Positions 16,935-27,468 are shown, counted from the first letter of the stretch. The stretch is DNA of 64,000 bases from Clostridia bacterium (GCA_017525875.1 JAFXSG010000004.1:76738-140737), one strand, 5' to 3'. The notes: a model not told the origin generated them from the letters alone. Translations and numbers: made by a program.

Positions 16935-18794
16935 ATGAAAGAACTGTTCAAAAAGACGGCAGCCAACTCCGGCCGAACGGAGAATGGCAGCCCGTCCGGC
17001 CCCGAACAAAACGGGACCGAAAACGAAACGAGCTCTTCAAAAAAACTGAAAGAAAGCTCAACACCCGCTTCATACGGGCATGAGAACTTTATCAAAAAGT
17101 TCTTCCGAGGCATGGTCAAATACAGATTTGCGATCTCATGCGCGGCCGTAGTGCTGCTGACCGCCATCGTCATCAGTGCGATGTTCGGCGGAAGAAACTC
17201 CGCGATAGTTTCGAACGACCCGGACAACACCCAGATCATTGCCGAAAACAACACCCCCGAGCCGGAAGCTACGGAGCCGGCAGAGGAGACCGTTCCTCCG
17301 ACAGCCCCGGCTACCGTTCCGCCGGCAGACCCGAACGAGACCATCCCACCGATCGTGACCCAGGAGCCCTACGAGCCGGTCGAGACCCCCGTCCCGTATC
17401 ACACTCCCCTCATTTTTGAGGTCAGGGACGACACCATAGCAAAGTACGGCTTCCACGACAAGATCATCCCCTCCGTTCAGGAGAGGCTGATGGTCCTCTG
17501 CTACATGGACCAGGATGAGCCGACGGATTATTTCGGCAGGGTCACCAAAGGCGCTCTCGAGGCGTTCCAGCGCAGGAGCGATCTGCCGGTCACGGGAGAG
17601 CTGGACAGGACGACCTATTACAAGCTCTTCGACGTCAACGCGAAGGTCTATCTCTGCAGCGTCGGCGACGAGGGAACGGACGTTCAGGCCATCGAGGAAA
17701 GGCTCTACGAGCTCGGCTATCTCGACGAGGCGAACGAGGTCTTCGATGAAGCTACGCGCGACGCCGTGGTCGACTTCCAGCAGCGCAACGATCTGGATGC
17801 GGACGGCAAGGTCGGCAGGAACACGAAAGAAGCGCTCTATAACCCCGAGTGCGTCGCAAAAGCGTGGGCCTTCGGCGACACCGGCGAAAAGGTGCTCACC
17901 TATCAGAACAGGCTCAGGGAGCTCGGCTACCTGACCACGGAGCCCGACGGCGTTTACGGCAAGGACACGCAGATGGCGGTCCGCCGCTTCCAGATGCAGA
18001 ATCAGCTGATCGAGGACGGCTATCTCGGCCCCTCCACGATCGAAAAGCTGATGAGCGACGATGCGGTCGGCAACGCGCTTTCGATCTCCATGCAGGGTTC
18101 GGACGTGCTCAACGTTCAGATCCGCCTGCATGAGCTTAATTATATGAAGGCTTCGGACGTCAACGGCTATTTCACCTCCCTCACCGAGAAGGCGGTCAAG
18201 CTGTTCCAGAAGAACAACAACCTCCAGCAGGACGGCAAGGTCGGCAGGAACACGATGCGCGTTTTGATGAGCGACGATGCGATCAAGGCGGCGGCTCCCG
18301 TCACCAACACGCCTCCGAGCAGCGGCGGCGGAAATATCGGCGGCGGCAACTCCGGCGGCGGCAACAACGGCGGCGGCGGAGGCGGCGGCAATAACGGCGG
18401 CGGCAACTCCGGCGGCAGCGATGTGCAGAGCAAGATCAACAACTTCATCTCCGTCGCGAGGAGCAAGCTCGGCTGCAAGTACGTCCGCGGCGGCAAGGGC
18501 CCGAACGTGTTCGACTGCTCCGGCTTCGTGTACTGGGTGCTGAACCATTCCGGCGTTTCCCAGGGCTATATGACCAGCTACATGTGGCGCAGCTGCACGA
18601 GGTACCAGCGCAACAACAGCATCTACAACGTCAAGAAGGGCGACGTCATCGTTTACTACGGCCACGTTGCGATCTGCAGCGGCACCTGGACGATGATCGA
18701 TGCTTCCTCCAGCAAGGGCAAGGTCGTTGAGAGGAGCTTCAACGGCAACTACTGGTACAGGAACTTCATCTGCTCCTTCAGGATATTCAGATAA
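16935..18794 (+). CDS. Cell-wall hydrolase: multiple peptidoglycan-binding (PG_binding_1-like) repeats plus a C-terminal NlpC/P60 domain
   Basis: ATG 16935 after AAAGGAGG. TM anchor. Five repeats of the type G.VTKGALEAFQRRSDLPVTGELDRTTY. G/N linker. NlpC/P60 catalytic region GGKGPNVFDCSGFVYWV...GDVIVYYGHVAI. Confidence 0.85.
   Translation: MKELFKKTAANSGRTENGSPSGPEQNGTENETSSSKKLKESSTPASYGHENFIKKFFRGMVKYRFAISCAAVVLLTAIVISAMFGGRNSAIVSNDPDNTQIIAENNTPEPEATEPAEETVPPTAPATVPPADPNETIPPIVTQEPYEPVETPVPYHTPLIFEVRDDTIAKYGFHDKIIPSVQERLMVLCYMDQDEPTDYFGRVTKGALEAFQRRSDLPVTGELDRTTYYKLFDVNAKVYLCSVGDEGTDVQAIEERLYELGYLDEANEVFDEATRDAVVDFQQRNDLDADGKVGRNTKEALYNPECVAKAWAFGDTGEKVLTYQNRLRELGYLTTEPDGVYGKDTQMAVRRFQMQNQLIEDGYLGPSTIEKLMSDDAVGNALSISMQGSDVLNVQIRLHELNYMKASDVNGYFTSLTEKAVKLFQKNNNLQQDGKVGRNTMRVLMSDDAIKAAAPVTNTPPSSGGGNIGGGNSGGGNNGGGGGGGNNGGGNSGGSDVQSKINNFISVARSKLGCKYVRGGKGPNVFDCSGFVYWVLNHSGVSQGYMTSYMWRSCTRYQRNNSIYNVKKGDVIVYYGHVAICSGTWTMIDASSSKGKVVERSFNGNYWYRNFICSFRIFR
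18321..18418 (+). repeat. GGC/AAC-rich simple codon repeat (Gly/Asn linker)
   Basis: Encodes SSGGGNIGGGNSGGGNNGGGGGGGNNGGGNSGGS. Reiterated ggcggcggcaac units. Confidence 0.8.
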
Positions 18795-18807
18795 ACGAAC
18801 ATAACTT

Positions 18808-18834
18808 AAAGGAACGGCCGAAGGCCGTTCCTTT
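18808..18834. terminator. Perfect bidirectional hairpin between convergent genes
   Basis: AAAGGAACGGCC-gaa-GGCCGTTCCTTT. Confidence 0.7.
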
Positions 18835-18873
18835 AATATGCCGGTTTTTCAAATAACGTATGCGCGGCGTGCG

Positions 18874-19638
18874 TTATCTTTTTTTATAGAGCACCAGCTC
18901 CGGGTCTTCACCGCCCGCCGCATAGGTGCAGACGAGGATGAAATCCATATTGGCGGCCACGCCGAAGCATCTCCCGCCGCCGAACTCACTTTCGAGCTGC
19001 GTGCCGAGGTAGGTCACGCCGTCGTCCAGAAATCTCACCTTCATGCCGCCGGGGAGACGGTATTCGAGGTTCACGAATTTGCCAACGAGCGCGTTCAGCT
19101 TTTCGACCTTCGGCATGCCCTCGACGCCCAGCGCGTTTATCTCATTGATCAGCTTTTGCTTGAACGCCTCGAACTGCCCGCCGTCTGCAAGCTCCTCATA
19201 CCGCTTCCAGTAATCCAGCTTCGGGAGCATATTTCTCATGTATTCGCGAGCCTGCTCCTCGGTAAAGCCCTCCCCTGTCATGTGGGGGATGCACACGTCG
19301 ATAAGGTCGTCCATGTCGCTGTAGGTATAGGTGCCGTCCGCGTAGCACCATTTGCAGTAATCCTCGTTCAGCGAGCCGTCCGCGTTGCGGCCGATGATCT
19401 CGTCCTCGAGCGGCATGCCGCAGCACTGGCAGATCAGCCTGCGCGGCGCGCCGAGCAGCGTGTTGATCGAAACGCCGAACAGGTTTGACAGCAGCTTGAG
19501 CGTTTCGGTATTCGGCACGGTATCGCCGTTTTCCCAGCGGGAGACGGCCTGGCGGGTCACGAAGAGCTTTTCGGCGAGCTCGTCCTGCGAGAGCCCCCGT
19601 TTCGTGCGGAGTTCAAACAGTACGTCTTTGGTTTCCAT
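18874..19638 (-). CDS. XRE-family HTH regulator fused to a zinc-ribbon domain
   Basis: Start METKDV after AGGAGGGATCATC. HTH LSQDELAEKLFVTRQAVSRWENG. CxxC...CxxC (CQCCGMPL...YCKWCY). Confidence 0.75.
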   Translation of the reverse strand: METKDVLFELRTKRGLSQDELAEKLFVTRQAVSRWENGDTVPNTETLKLLSNLFGVSINTLLGAPRRLICQCCGMPLEDEIIGRNADGSLNEDYCKWCYADGTYTYSDMDDLIDVCIPHMTGEGFTEEQAREYMRNMLPKLDYWKRYEELADGGQFEAFKQKLINEINALGVEGMPKVEKLNALVGKFVNLEYRLPGGMKVRFLDDGVTYLGTQLESEFGGGRCFGVAANMDFILVCTYAAGGEDPELVLYKKR

Positions 19639-19926
19639 GATGATCCCTCCTATCTCGGTCACTGGGGCATATTATAGCACGGCGTCCGCCGGATTTCACG
19701 CAACTTGCGGTTGCTCCCCGGGCGCCGTAAATCGAGGCAATAACAACGGGCCCGCGTTCGGCGCATCCGCATAAGGATAAACAGCCTTAAAAGGCATCTT
19801 TTCGCGTCCGGCTTCGTTAAAAATGCTCGGAAGACGCTCCGAGTATTCCTGCGCTTTTTGCCTCGCCGGCCTCAAAAATCTGCTCTTTTGAGACGCCGCG
19901 CGGTTTTCATCCGCCAAGAAAACGAC

Positions 19927-19959
19927 AGATCCCGGGAATACGAAATATTCCCGGGATCT
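19927..19959 (-). terminator. Palindromic terminator after glgA
   Basis: AGATCCCGGGAATA-cgaa-ATATTCCCGGGATCT. U-rich tract after the stem on the minus strand. Confidence 0.65.
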
Positions 19960-20037
19960 TTGCTTTTTGTATTCGGACAGCGGCTGAAAACCTGTATCTC
20001 CTTATGCGGATACGCCGCTGCGGGCCCGTGCTTTTCG

Positions 20038-21477
20038 TTATTTCCCTGTTATCCTCGAATACAGCGCGAGGTACTTTTTCGCGCTCTCGCCCCAGCCGAG
20101 GTCGGTGTCCATCGCGCGGCGGACCATGCGGTCCCACGTGTCGCGGTTCCAGCGGTAGAGGTCGATCGCCTCGCGGCAGGCATTGTAGAGCTCCGTAGCG
20201 GAATAGTTGCGGAAGGAGAAGCCGTTGCCCTCGTCCGTGAACTTGTTGTAGGGCATGACGGAGTCCGCGAGACCGCCCGTCTCACGCACAACGGGCAGGC
20301 AGCCGTAGCGCAGCGAGAACATCTGCGACAGGCCGCAGGGCTCGAACGCGGAGGGCATCAGGAACAGGTCCGCACCGGCGTAGATGCGGCGGGCGAGGCC
20401 GTCGTTCATCTCGCAGCGGAACGACACGCGGCCGCGGCCGTAATCGGAATGGGAAAGGTCGTTGAAGTGCTGCTCGAGCCACTTGTCGCCCATGCCGAGG
20501 ATCACGATCTGCGCGCCGAGATCGAGAAGACCCGGGATCACGGCGTTCACAAGGTCGAGGCCCTTCTGGTTGGTGAGGCGGGATATGACCGCGCAGACGG
20601 GCGCGTCGGGATTCTGCTCGAGTTCAAGCTCCTTCTGCATCGCGGCCTTGCATTTCGCTTTGCCGCGCATGGAGTTTTTGGAGAAGCGGGCGGGCAGCGC
20701 CTTATCCGTCCAGGGGTTGTAGCTCTTGCGGTCGATGCCGTTCAGGATGCCGGTGATGCCGTCCCCGCGGGAGGCGAGCAGCCCGTCCAGCGTTTCGCCG
20801 TAGGCGGGGGTCGTGATCTCGCGCGCGTAGGTGGGGCTGACGGTCGAGACCGCGTCGGCGTAGACGATGCCGGCCTTCATCGCGTTGGCGAAGCAATAGT
20901 ATTCGATCTTGCCGAGCGCGTACTGCCCGAGGGAGAGCAGGTCGTTCACGAGCAGAGGGCTCATGAGGCCCTGATAGCGCAGGTTGTGGATGGTGAAAAC
21001 GGTCTTCACGCTGCGGAAGGCGGGATTCTGACGGTACTGCTCGTTCAGGAGCATCGCCACGAGACCGCTCTGCCAGTCGTTGAGATGGATAACGTCCGGC
21101 ACCATGTCGAGCCGCAGCATCGTTTCGAGCACGGCGCGGCAGAACCAGCAGAAGCGCTCCGCCTCAAAGTCGCCGTCGGTATAGACGTAGTCCTGCTTGA
21201 AATAGTATTCGTTGTCGAGGAAATAATAGTTCACACCGTCAACGGTGAGCCGGTCCACGCCCACGAACTGACTGCGCCAGCCCATGGTGACGTGGAAATC
21301 GGAAACGTGCTCCATGCTGTAACGGTATTTCTCGGGGATGCGGCTGTACTTCGGGATCATGACGGAGACCTCCGCGCCGAGCTCTTTTTCCGCGGCGGGC
21401 AGCGCGCCGACAACGTCGGCAAGGCCGCCTGTTTTGATGAAGGGGACACATTCGCTTGCAACGAGGGTGATTTTCAT
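20038..21477 (-). CDS. glgA: Glycogen synthase
   Basis: Start MKITLVASECVPFIKTGGLADVVGALP after AAAGGAGAG. GT5 pattern throughout. No glgB/glgC nearby. Confidence 0.9.
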   Translation of the reverse strand: MKITLVASECVPFIKTGGLADVVGALPAAEKELGAEVSVMIPKYSRIPEKYRYSMEHVSDFHVTMGWRSQFVGVDRLTVDGVNYYFLDNEYYFKQDYVYTDGDFEAERFCWFCRAVLETMLRLDMVPDVIHLNDWQSGLVAMLLNEQYRQNPAFRSVKTVFTIHNLRYQGLMSPLLVNDLLSLGQYALGKIEYYCFANAMKAGIVYADAVSTVSPTYAREITTPAYGETLDGLLASRGDGITGILNGIDRKSYNPWTDKALPARFSKNSMRGKAKCKAAMQKELELEQNPDAPVCAVISRLTNQKGLDLVNAVIPGLLDLGAQIVILGMGDKWLEQHFNDLSHSDYGRGRVSFRCEMNDGLARRIYAGADLFLMPSAFEPCGLSQMFSLRYGCLPVVRETGGLADSVMPYNKFTDEGNGFSFRNYSATELYNACREAIDLYRWNRDTWDRMVRRAMDTDLGWGESAKKYLALYSRITGK

Positions 21478-21503
21478 TTGGGCTCTCCTTTCGGCAGTGG
21501 TTG

Positions 21504-22955
21504 TCAGCGGTAAGCGGAACGCTTGCGCCAAGTGGACGGCGCAAACAGCAGCAGTATGGGCCAGACCTCGAGGCGGCCGATGAGCATGTCGAGCGTCAGG
21601 ACGATCTTGGTCAGGTCGGAAAAATCCGCGTAGTTTTCAACGGGGCCGACCGCGCCGAAGCCGGGGCCGACGTTGAATATGCAGGCGAACACGGCGGAAA
21701 CGGTGGTCTCGACGCCGCGGCCGTCGATCGAAACGATCAGGATCGAAACAACGATCAGCGCGATCACGACCGAGAAATACGAAAGCACGGAGCGAACGAC
21801 GCCGTCCTGAACGGGCTTGCCGTCGAGCCTGAGGGTGTGGACGTATTTCGGGTGAGCAAGGCGGCGCATCTCGTTCCAGCCGTTCTTGACGAGGATGATG
21901 AAGCGGGAGATCTTGATGCCGCCTCCGGTGGAGCCGGCGCAGCCGCCCAGCAGCATCATGAGCAGCAGGACGCATTTTGAGAGCGTGGGCCAGGCGTTGA
22001 AATCGGCGGAGGCAAAGCCCGTGGTGCTGATGATGGACGCGGTATTGAACGCGGCGTGGTGGAACGCCTCGGAAAAGCTCCCGAAGGAGGAGCGGGCGTT
22101 CAGCGTGATGATGAGGGTCGCGGTGAGATAGATGCCGAGGAACCAGTGCAGCTCCTCGTTTTTGAGCGCGACGCCCACCTTGCGGAGCAGAATGTAGAAA
22201 TAGAGGTTGAAGTTGATCGCGAAGATCAGCATGAACACGGTCGCCACGGTCTGCAGATACGGGCTTTGGCCGATCATGCCGGCGTCAAGCACCATGAAGC
22301 CGCCGGTGCCCGCGGTGGACATGGCGGTGGTGAACGCCTCATAGAAGCTCATGCCGCCGAACAGCAGCATTATCGCCTCGGTCAGCATCAGCATAAAGTA
22401 GATCGCGTAGAGGATGATGGCGGTGTTCTTCGCCTTTGCGACCAGCTTGCCCACGCTCGGGCCGGGGACCTCCGCGCGCATGATGTGCATGGAGCGCTCC
22501 TTGGAAAGCGGAAGCACCGCCATGACGAACACGAGCACGCCCATGCCGCCGATGAAGATTATGAAGCAGCGCCAGAAGCCGATGCCGTGGGGGATGCCGG
22601 AGATATCGAGGCAGACCGTCGCGCCGGTCGTGGTGAAGCCCGACGCCGTTTCGAAAACCGCGTCGATATAGCTCGTGAAAATGCCGCCGAACAGGAAGGG
22701 CAGCGCGCCGAGCAGACTCATCAGCACCCACGCGAGGGCGACGATCACGAAGCCCTCCTTGGCGAAGATGGCGGTATTCCTGGGCTTGATCAGCAGCAGG
22801 AGCCCGCCTATGCCCGCCGTTATGAGCGCGGAGAGCAGGAGCGCGGCAAGGTCGCTCGCGCCGCTCGCGGCGGAGATAATGATCGGCGGGAACATCAGCA
22901 TCGCCGCGATGAGCAGTATCTTGCCCATTATGTTGAAGACCATTCTGTAATTCAA
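21504..22955 (-). CDS. trkH: TrkH/KtrB-family K+ uptake membrane subunit
   Basis: 483 aa, polytopic, repeated pore-loop-like TGF/TGG segments (TTTGATV, STAGTGGF, ISTTGFA, GSTGGGIK). Confidence 0.85.
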   Translation of the reverse strand: MNYRMVFNIMGKILLIAAMLMFPPIIISAASGASDLAALLLSALITAGIGGLLLLIKPRNTAIFAKEGFVIVALAWVLMSLLGALPFLFGGIFTSYIDAVFETASGFTTTGATVCLDISGIPHGIGFWRCFIIFIGGMGVLVFVMAVLPLSKERSMHIMRAEVPGPSVGKLVAKAKNTAIILYAIYFMLMLTEAIMLLFGGMSFYEAFTTAMSTAGTGGFMVLDAGMIGQSPYLQTVATVFMLIFAINFNLYFYILLRKVGVALKNEELHWFLGIYLTATLIITLNARSSFGSFSEAFHHAAFNTASIISTTGFASADFNAWPTLSKCVLLLMMLLGGCAGSTGGGIKISRFIILVKNGWNEMRRLAHPKYVHTLRLDGKPVQDGVVRSVLSYFSVVIALIVVSILIVSIDGRGVETTVSAVFACIFNVGPGFGAVGPVENYADFSDLTKIVLTLDMLIGRLEVWPILLLFAPSTWRKRSAYR

Positions 22956-22992
22956 AACCGGATCCTCATTCTGCCTCCGGAGAGGCGCGCGA

Positions 22993-24372
22993 TCAGCTCA
23001 GCGGGCTCGTCAGTATCTCCGAAAGGTCGTTGAACATCTTGTGTTTCGTAACGATTATCACCCTGTCGCCCGCATGGATGGAATCGCTTCCGGAGGGGAC
23101 TATCGTTTTGCCGTGGCGCACGATGCAGGCGATCAGCAGATCGTTGTGCAGATGACGGTTCAGATCCTTGAGCGGGACGCCGTACATCGGGTGCGAACCC
23201 TTCGCGCTGAACTCGAGCGCCTCGATGCGCCCGCCGAGCAGCTCGTGAACGGTCTCCACGTTGCTGCCCTCCGGGCTGCCGGACATCGCGCGGACGAAGG
23301 TCAGGATCTTGTTCGCGGTCAGCTGCTTAGGGGAGATTATCGCGTCGAGCGACGAGTCGGGCAGAACGCCCAGCAGGTTCTCGTTGTTGACCTTGACGAT
23401 GACGCTGTGCGCCTGCTTCCATTTGGCGAACAGGCCGCTGATGATGTTGTTTTCGTCGATGCCGGTGAGCGCGACGAACGCGTCGACGTTCTCGATACCC
23501 TCCTCGATGAGCAGCTCGTGGTCGGTGCTGTCGCCCTGGATGACGAGCGCCTGGGGCAGATCCTCGCTCAGCTGCTTGGCACGGACGGGATTGTTTTCGA
23601 TGACCTTCACCTGGATGCCCACCTTTTCAAGCGAGCGGGAAAGGTAATAGGCGATGCGGCTGCCGCCGCAGATCATGACCGTGCGCACCTTGCGCTGCTT
23701 CCCGGGGTACGCCATGCGCAGAAAGCGTGACATATCCTCCGGCGAAGCGGAGACGTGCAGCTTGTCGCCGGCCTGAAGCACGAAATCGCCCTTGGGGATG
23801 TATACGCTCTCGCCGCGCTGAACGGCGCACACGAGGATCTTGATCTGGAACTTTTTGTAGATATCCACGAGCGGCAGATCCACGAGCGGGTTGCCGGGAT
23901 TCAGCCTCAGCTCGACCAGCTCCACCCTGCCGCGGGCAAAGAATTCAACGTTGAGCGCGCTCGGGATGCGCAGCAGCCTCGCGATATCGTCCGAAGCGGC
24001 CTGGTCCGGATTGATGGACATGGAAAGCCCGAGCTCGTCCTTGAGAAAATCGAGCTGCGCCGCGTACTCCGGATCGCGGATCCTCGCGATGGTGCGCTTG
24101 GCGCCGAGCTTGTGCGCGATCAGGCAGCAGATCATGTTGACCTCGTCGTGCGCGGTGACGGCGATAAGAAGATCCGCCTGCGCAACGCCTGCCTCGCGCT
24201 GGACCCGGTAGTCCGCGCCGTTGCCCTCCATACATATCGCGTCCATTTCGTTCGCGCTGCGTTCAAGCACCGCCGCGTCGCTGTCGATGAGAACGACGTC
24301 GTGCTCTTCCGCGGTCAGCTTGACGCCTATGGTCTTGCCGACTTTGCCCGCGCCTACGATGACGATCTTCAT
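22993..24372 (-). CDS. trkA: TrkA K+ uptake NAD-binding subunit (tandem RCK)
   Basis: Two Rossmann motifs (MKIVIVGAGKVGKT and VMICGGSRIAYYL). 459 aa. Confidence 0.88.
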   Translation of the reverse strand: MKIVIVGAGKVGKTIGVKLTAEEHDVVLIDSDAAVLERSANEMDAICMEGNGADYRVQREAGVAQADLLIAVTAHDEVNMICCLIAHKLGAKRTIARIRDPEYAAQLDFLKDELGLSMSINPDQAASDDIARLLRIPSALNVEFFARGRVELVELRLNPGNPLVDLPLVDIYKKFQIKILVCAVQRGESVYIPKGDFVLQAGDKLHVSASPEDMSRFLRMAYPGKQRKVRTVMICGGSRIAYYLSRSLEKVGIQVKVIENNPVRAKQLSEDLPQALVIQGDSTDHELLIEEGIENVDAFVALTGIDENNIISGLFAKWKQAHSVIVKVNNENLLGVLPDSSLDAIISPKQLTANKILTFVRAMSGSPEGSNVETVHELLGGRIEALEFSAKGSHPMYGVPLKDLNRHLHNDLLIACIVRHGKTIVPSGSDSIHAGDRVIIVTKHKMFNDLSEILTSPLS

Positions 24373-24390
24373 AAAAGCTCAGCCTCCGGA

Positions 24391-27300
24391 TCAGTTGAAT
24401 TTATAGTTGGTGAACACGCCGCCGTGGGAGGCGAACAGCGCGTCGGCCTCCAGCTCCAGCTCTTCGTACTGCGAGGAGCTTATCCTCATGACGTAGAGCA
24501 GGTTCTGCTTGGCGAACGCCGGGCGCTCGATCAGGTTGGTCCGCAGCTTCTGCACCTCGCTCTGCCAGTGGGAATAGCTCTGGGGGTGCTGCCACCTTGC
24601 GATCTGGCGGTTCATCTCCGGCGTGATGGTCGAGACCATGGAATCGAGCAGCGGGAGCAGGCGGTCGTTATTGAGGTAATATTTGGTGACGTAGATGTAG
24701 CGGACGAGGAAATCGTGCGTCCACTTTTCGTTGGAGCGCAGACCGCACTGGATGTCGAAATAGGTCAGCGAGCCGTTGGCGCTCGGCGTGCCGGAAACGT
24801 CGAAATAGCAGTGCAGCACGTCGCCCTGGGAGCTTGTGAGCGCAAAGTCGGAATCGTAGAAGATCGCGCGCCAGCGGATCTTGTAATCGTTCGTGCGCCA
24901 ATACTTCTGGTTGAAAAGGTCCGCGTCGGGGAAATACTGCCGGCCGATAAGATAGTCGGCGAAAGACTCCGGGTCCACCCACTGGGTGAACTGCCTGTAG
25001 CGTTCGTCCGTCATCGGGATCACGGTGCCGTTCTGCACGGCGTAGCCGCGGACGCGGAGGAAATCGGCGTTGGTGCCCTTGAGCTCGCCGTTGTTGCGCT
25101 GGATCATGTTGACCGTGTCGGGGTCGATGCCGTAATGCGCTTCGAGGTAATCCTCGTTCATATTCTCCTTGAGGTCGTATAGGCCCCAGTATTGGCCGTT
25201 GATATAGACCGCAACGAATTTCGCGGCGGAAGCGTCGACGTCCATATCGAGCACGGCGGTGCTGGTGAAGCTGTCGCGGATGCGGGCGTTCGCCCAGTCC
25301 TGCCCGGCGTTGCGCAGCACGAGCCCGCCGAAGGTTGTGATGTAGTCGCTGCCGAAGAAGGGATAGGTGAGCTTGCTCCTGCCGTAGCCGGCGCGGAAGT
25401 AAAGGCCGAGGGATTTCTGCGCGTAGGCGCGGGTCGAAGCGCCGGAAACGCGCACGCCGGCGGGGGACTCGACGCCGAGCGTCCCGTCGGTCTCAAAATA
25501 CTGAAGCATGCACTCCCTCTCCACGACGGGCACGAAGGGCCGCGACACGGCGTACATCTCCGCAAAATCGCCGGGCGCCATCGCGAGCGTCACGACCGGG
25601 ATCGTGTGAGGCTGTTCAAAAAGATAGGTCGCGGAGGTCACGTCGCTGTCCACCCTGCCGGGGACGCAGGTGATCGCGCGGAGCACGGTGTTCCCGGAAA
25701 CGGAGAGCGGGCCTTCGTAGACCGGGCTCTCGGCGGTCGGCTTGGAGCCGTCGAGCGTGTAGTGGATCGTCCCGTCCGCGCTGCGCGTAGTGAGCTCGAC
25801 AGAAAACGGTGAGGTGTGGTAGAGCGCCGCCTCGGAGAACACGGGCGCCGCCGCGTACGCAAGCAGGCATGTGTCCGAATTCCTCGCTCCCTTCGTGGGG
25901 GCGGTGAAGAAAACGCGCTCGCCGTTTTGGGTGCCGTTCTCTCTGCCGCTCGTAACGCCGTTCCTGAGAGAACCGGTCTCAAAGCAATCCACGAGCTGCC
26001 GCTCCGCGTCGGTCAGGTAGACGGTTTCACCGGCGGGGGAGAGATTGAAAGGGGCGGGGGCCGCCCAGCTGTCGAGGATGCTTGCGGAACAGTTTACCGC
26101 GGTATAGCCGTTTGCCGGGATCGAGACCGAGGAGAGCTCGTATTTTTCAAGGTCGGTCACGCTGTCCGAAAGGTGCCAGCCCGCGAGGGAGACCGTTTCG
26201 GCGGTGGGGTTATAGAGCTCCACCCAGTCCATCTGGTGGCTGCGCGGCGCGGTGACGGAGCAGGCCTCGCTGATATAAACAGAAGAGGGGTTGAACCCGC
26301 CAACCCCCATATAATCGGTAAATCCTGCCGAAGAGTTCCTCTCGCCCGGCGTGGGCCGCGCATAGTAGAGGAGGCTCCCGTCCTCGCCCCTGCCGATGGA
26401 CACGTTGTCGCTCAGCCCCTCGGGAACGGTGATGACGTCCTGACGCAATCCGTTGAAGTTCGTGAAGAACAGCCCTGCGTCGGTGGAGGAGAGCTTGAAC
26501 GAGGCATGCAGCTCGCCGTCCCTGCGGTCCTTGCCGGAGAGGAAGACGAGCAGGTACTCGCCGCTTCCGAGCGTGATATCGGGAAGCGCCCATTTTGCGG
26601 GGTTCAAAGAATCGTCGGAGAGATAGCAGCCGGAGAGCGATACCGCGGATGAACCGCTGTTATAAAGCTCCACCCAGTCGCTGCGGTCGCCGTCTTCGTC
26701 GGTGATATTGTACTTATTGCTCGGGAGCACCTCGCTGATGCGCACCGGGTCGGAACCGTCCATCGGGGAAACGGTCAGATCGGTGAAGACGTCGGCGGAG
26801 TTCTCGGCGCCCTTGGTCGGGAATGCGGTGTAGGCGCAGCCCGTGCCGAAGCGCACTGCGGCGATGCCGTCGGGCATGGCGTTATCGAAAACGAGCCTGT
26901 CCGCCATACTGCCCCCGCGGGCGAACAGATAGACGCCGTTTTCGGAGGAGTTGAGCTTGAAGCTTGCGATAAAGCGCGCGAAGTCGACGGTTTCCGGCGC
27001 GGGCGCGGGGGTAGCTTCGCCGCCGATGGAGATGTCGACGGAGCCGGTCTCGCCGGAGCCCGCGGTATCCACGCCGCCGGTCAGCTCGACCACGGCGTAC
27101 TCGCCGGGCTGAAGCTTATAGGAGGGGAACTGCCACTTGTCCGCCTTTTCGGGATTGTCGGAAAGGCAATACCCCGCAAGATCGATCTCCTTGCGGGAGT
27201 TGTTGACAAGCTCCGCAAAGCCTCTGTCCCCGCGCATGACCTCGTTGATGATGAGGCCTTCGGGGGAGTCGGGCGGCAGAGTTACCTGCGCGCCGGGCGA

Positions 27301-27468
27301 AGAGGTCTCGCCGGGGTTCACGGGCCCGGGCTTTATGTTCTTCCCGGATTTATCAATGATAATAAGCACGAGCGCGAGCGCGGCGATCACGAGGATCACC
27401 AACAGCGCGATCAGCAGCTTGCGGCTGCTCACCCGGCTGCGATTATGCTCCGTACGGTTTTCGGACAT
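24391..27468 (-). CDS. Membrane-anchored CotH-kinase-family protein with lamin-tail-domain repeats
   Basis: Start reassigned to ATG 27468 (AAAGGAG upstream). TM anchor. Three LTD-like repeats (INEVM.., ISEVLPSN..DWVELYN, ISEACSV..DWVELYNPT). IHYTLDGSKPT segment. CotH core SLGLYFRAGYG..LVLRNAGQDW..VAVYINGQYWGLYDLKE. Confidence 0.75.
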   Translation of the reverse strand: MSENRTEHNRSRVSSRKLLIALLVILVIAALALVLIIIDKSGKNIKPGPVNPGETSSPGAQVTLPPDSPEGLIINEVMRGDRGFAELVNNSRKEIDLAGYCLSDNPEKADKWQFPSYKLQPGEYAVVELTGGVDTAGSGETGSVDISIGGEATPAPAPETVDFARFIASFKLNSSENGVYLFARGGSMADRLVFDNAMPDGIAAVRFGTGCAYTAFPTKGAENSADVFTDLTVSPMDGSDPVRISEVLPSNKYNITDEDGDRSDWVELYNSGSSAVSLSGCYLSDDSLNPAKWALPDITLGSGEYLLVFLSGKDRRDGELHASFKLSSTDAGLFFTNFNGLRQDVITVPEGLSDNVSIGRGEDGSLLYYARPTPGERNSSAGFTDYMGVGGFNPSSVYISEACSVTAPRSHQMDWVELYNPTAETVSLAGWHLSDSVTDLEKYELSSVSIPANGYTAVNCSASILDSWAAPAPFNLSPAGETVYLTDAERQLVDCFETGSLRNGVTSGRENGTQNGERVFFTAPTKGARNSDTCLLAYAAAPVFSEAALYHTSPFSVELTTRSADGTIHYTLDGSKPTAESPVYEGPLSVSGNTVLRAITCVPGRVDSDVTSATYLFEQPHTIPVVTLAMAPGDFAEMYAVSRPFVPVVERECMLQYFETDGTLGVESPAGVRVSGASTRAYAQKSLGLYFRAGYGRSKLTYPFFGSDYITTFGGLVLRNAGQDWANARIRDSFTSTAVLDMDVDASAAKFVAVYINGQYWGLYDLKENMNEDYLEAHYGIDPDTVNMIQRNNGELKGTNADFLRVRGYAVQNGTVIPMTDERYRQFTQWVDPESFADYLIGRQYFPDADLFNQKYWRTNDYKIRWRAIFYDSDFALTSSQGDVLHCYFDVSGTPSANGSLTYFDIQCGLRSNEKWTHDFLVRYIYVTKYYLNNDRLLPLLDSMVSTITPEMNRQIARWQHPQSYSHWQSEVQKLRTNLIERPAFAKQNLLYVMRISSSQYEELELEADALFASHGGVFTNYKFN

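Noticed and set aside
19696-19917. 73-aa minus-strand ORF in the HTH/glgA intergenic region
   Set aside because: No RBS and no family resemblance. The region is better explained as the promoter/leader of the HTH gene plus the glgA terminator.
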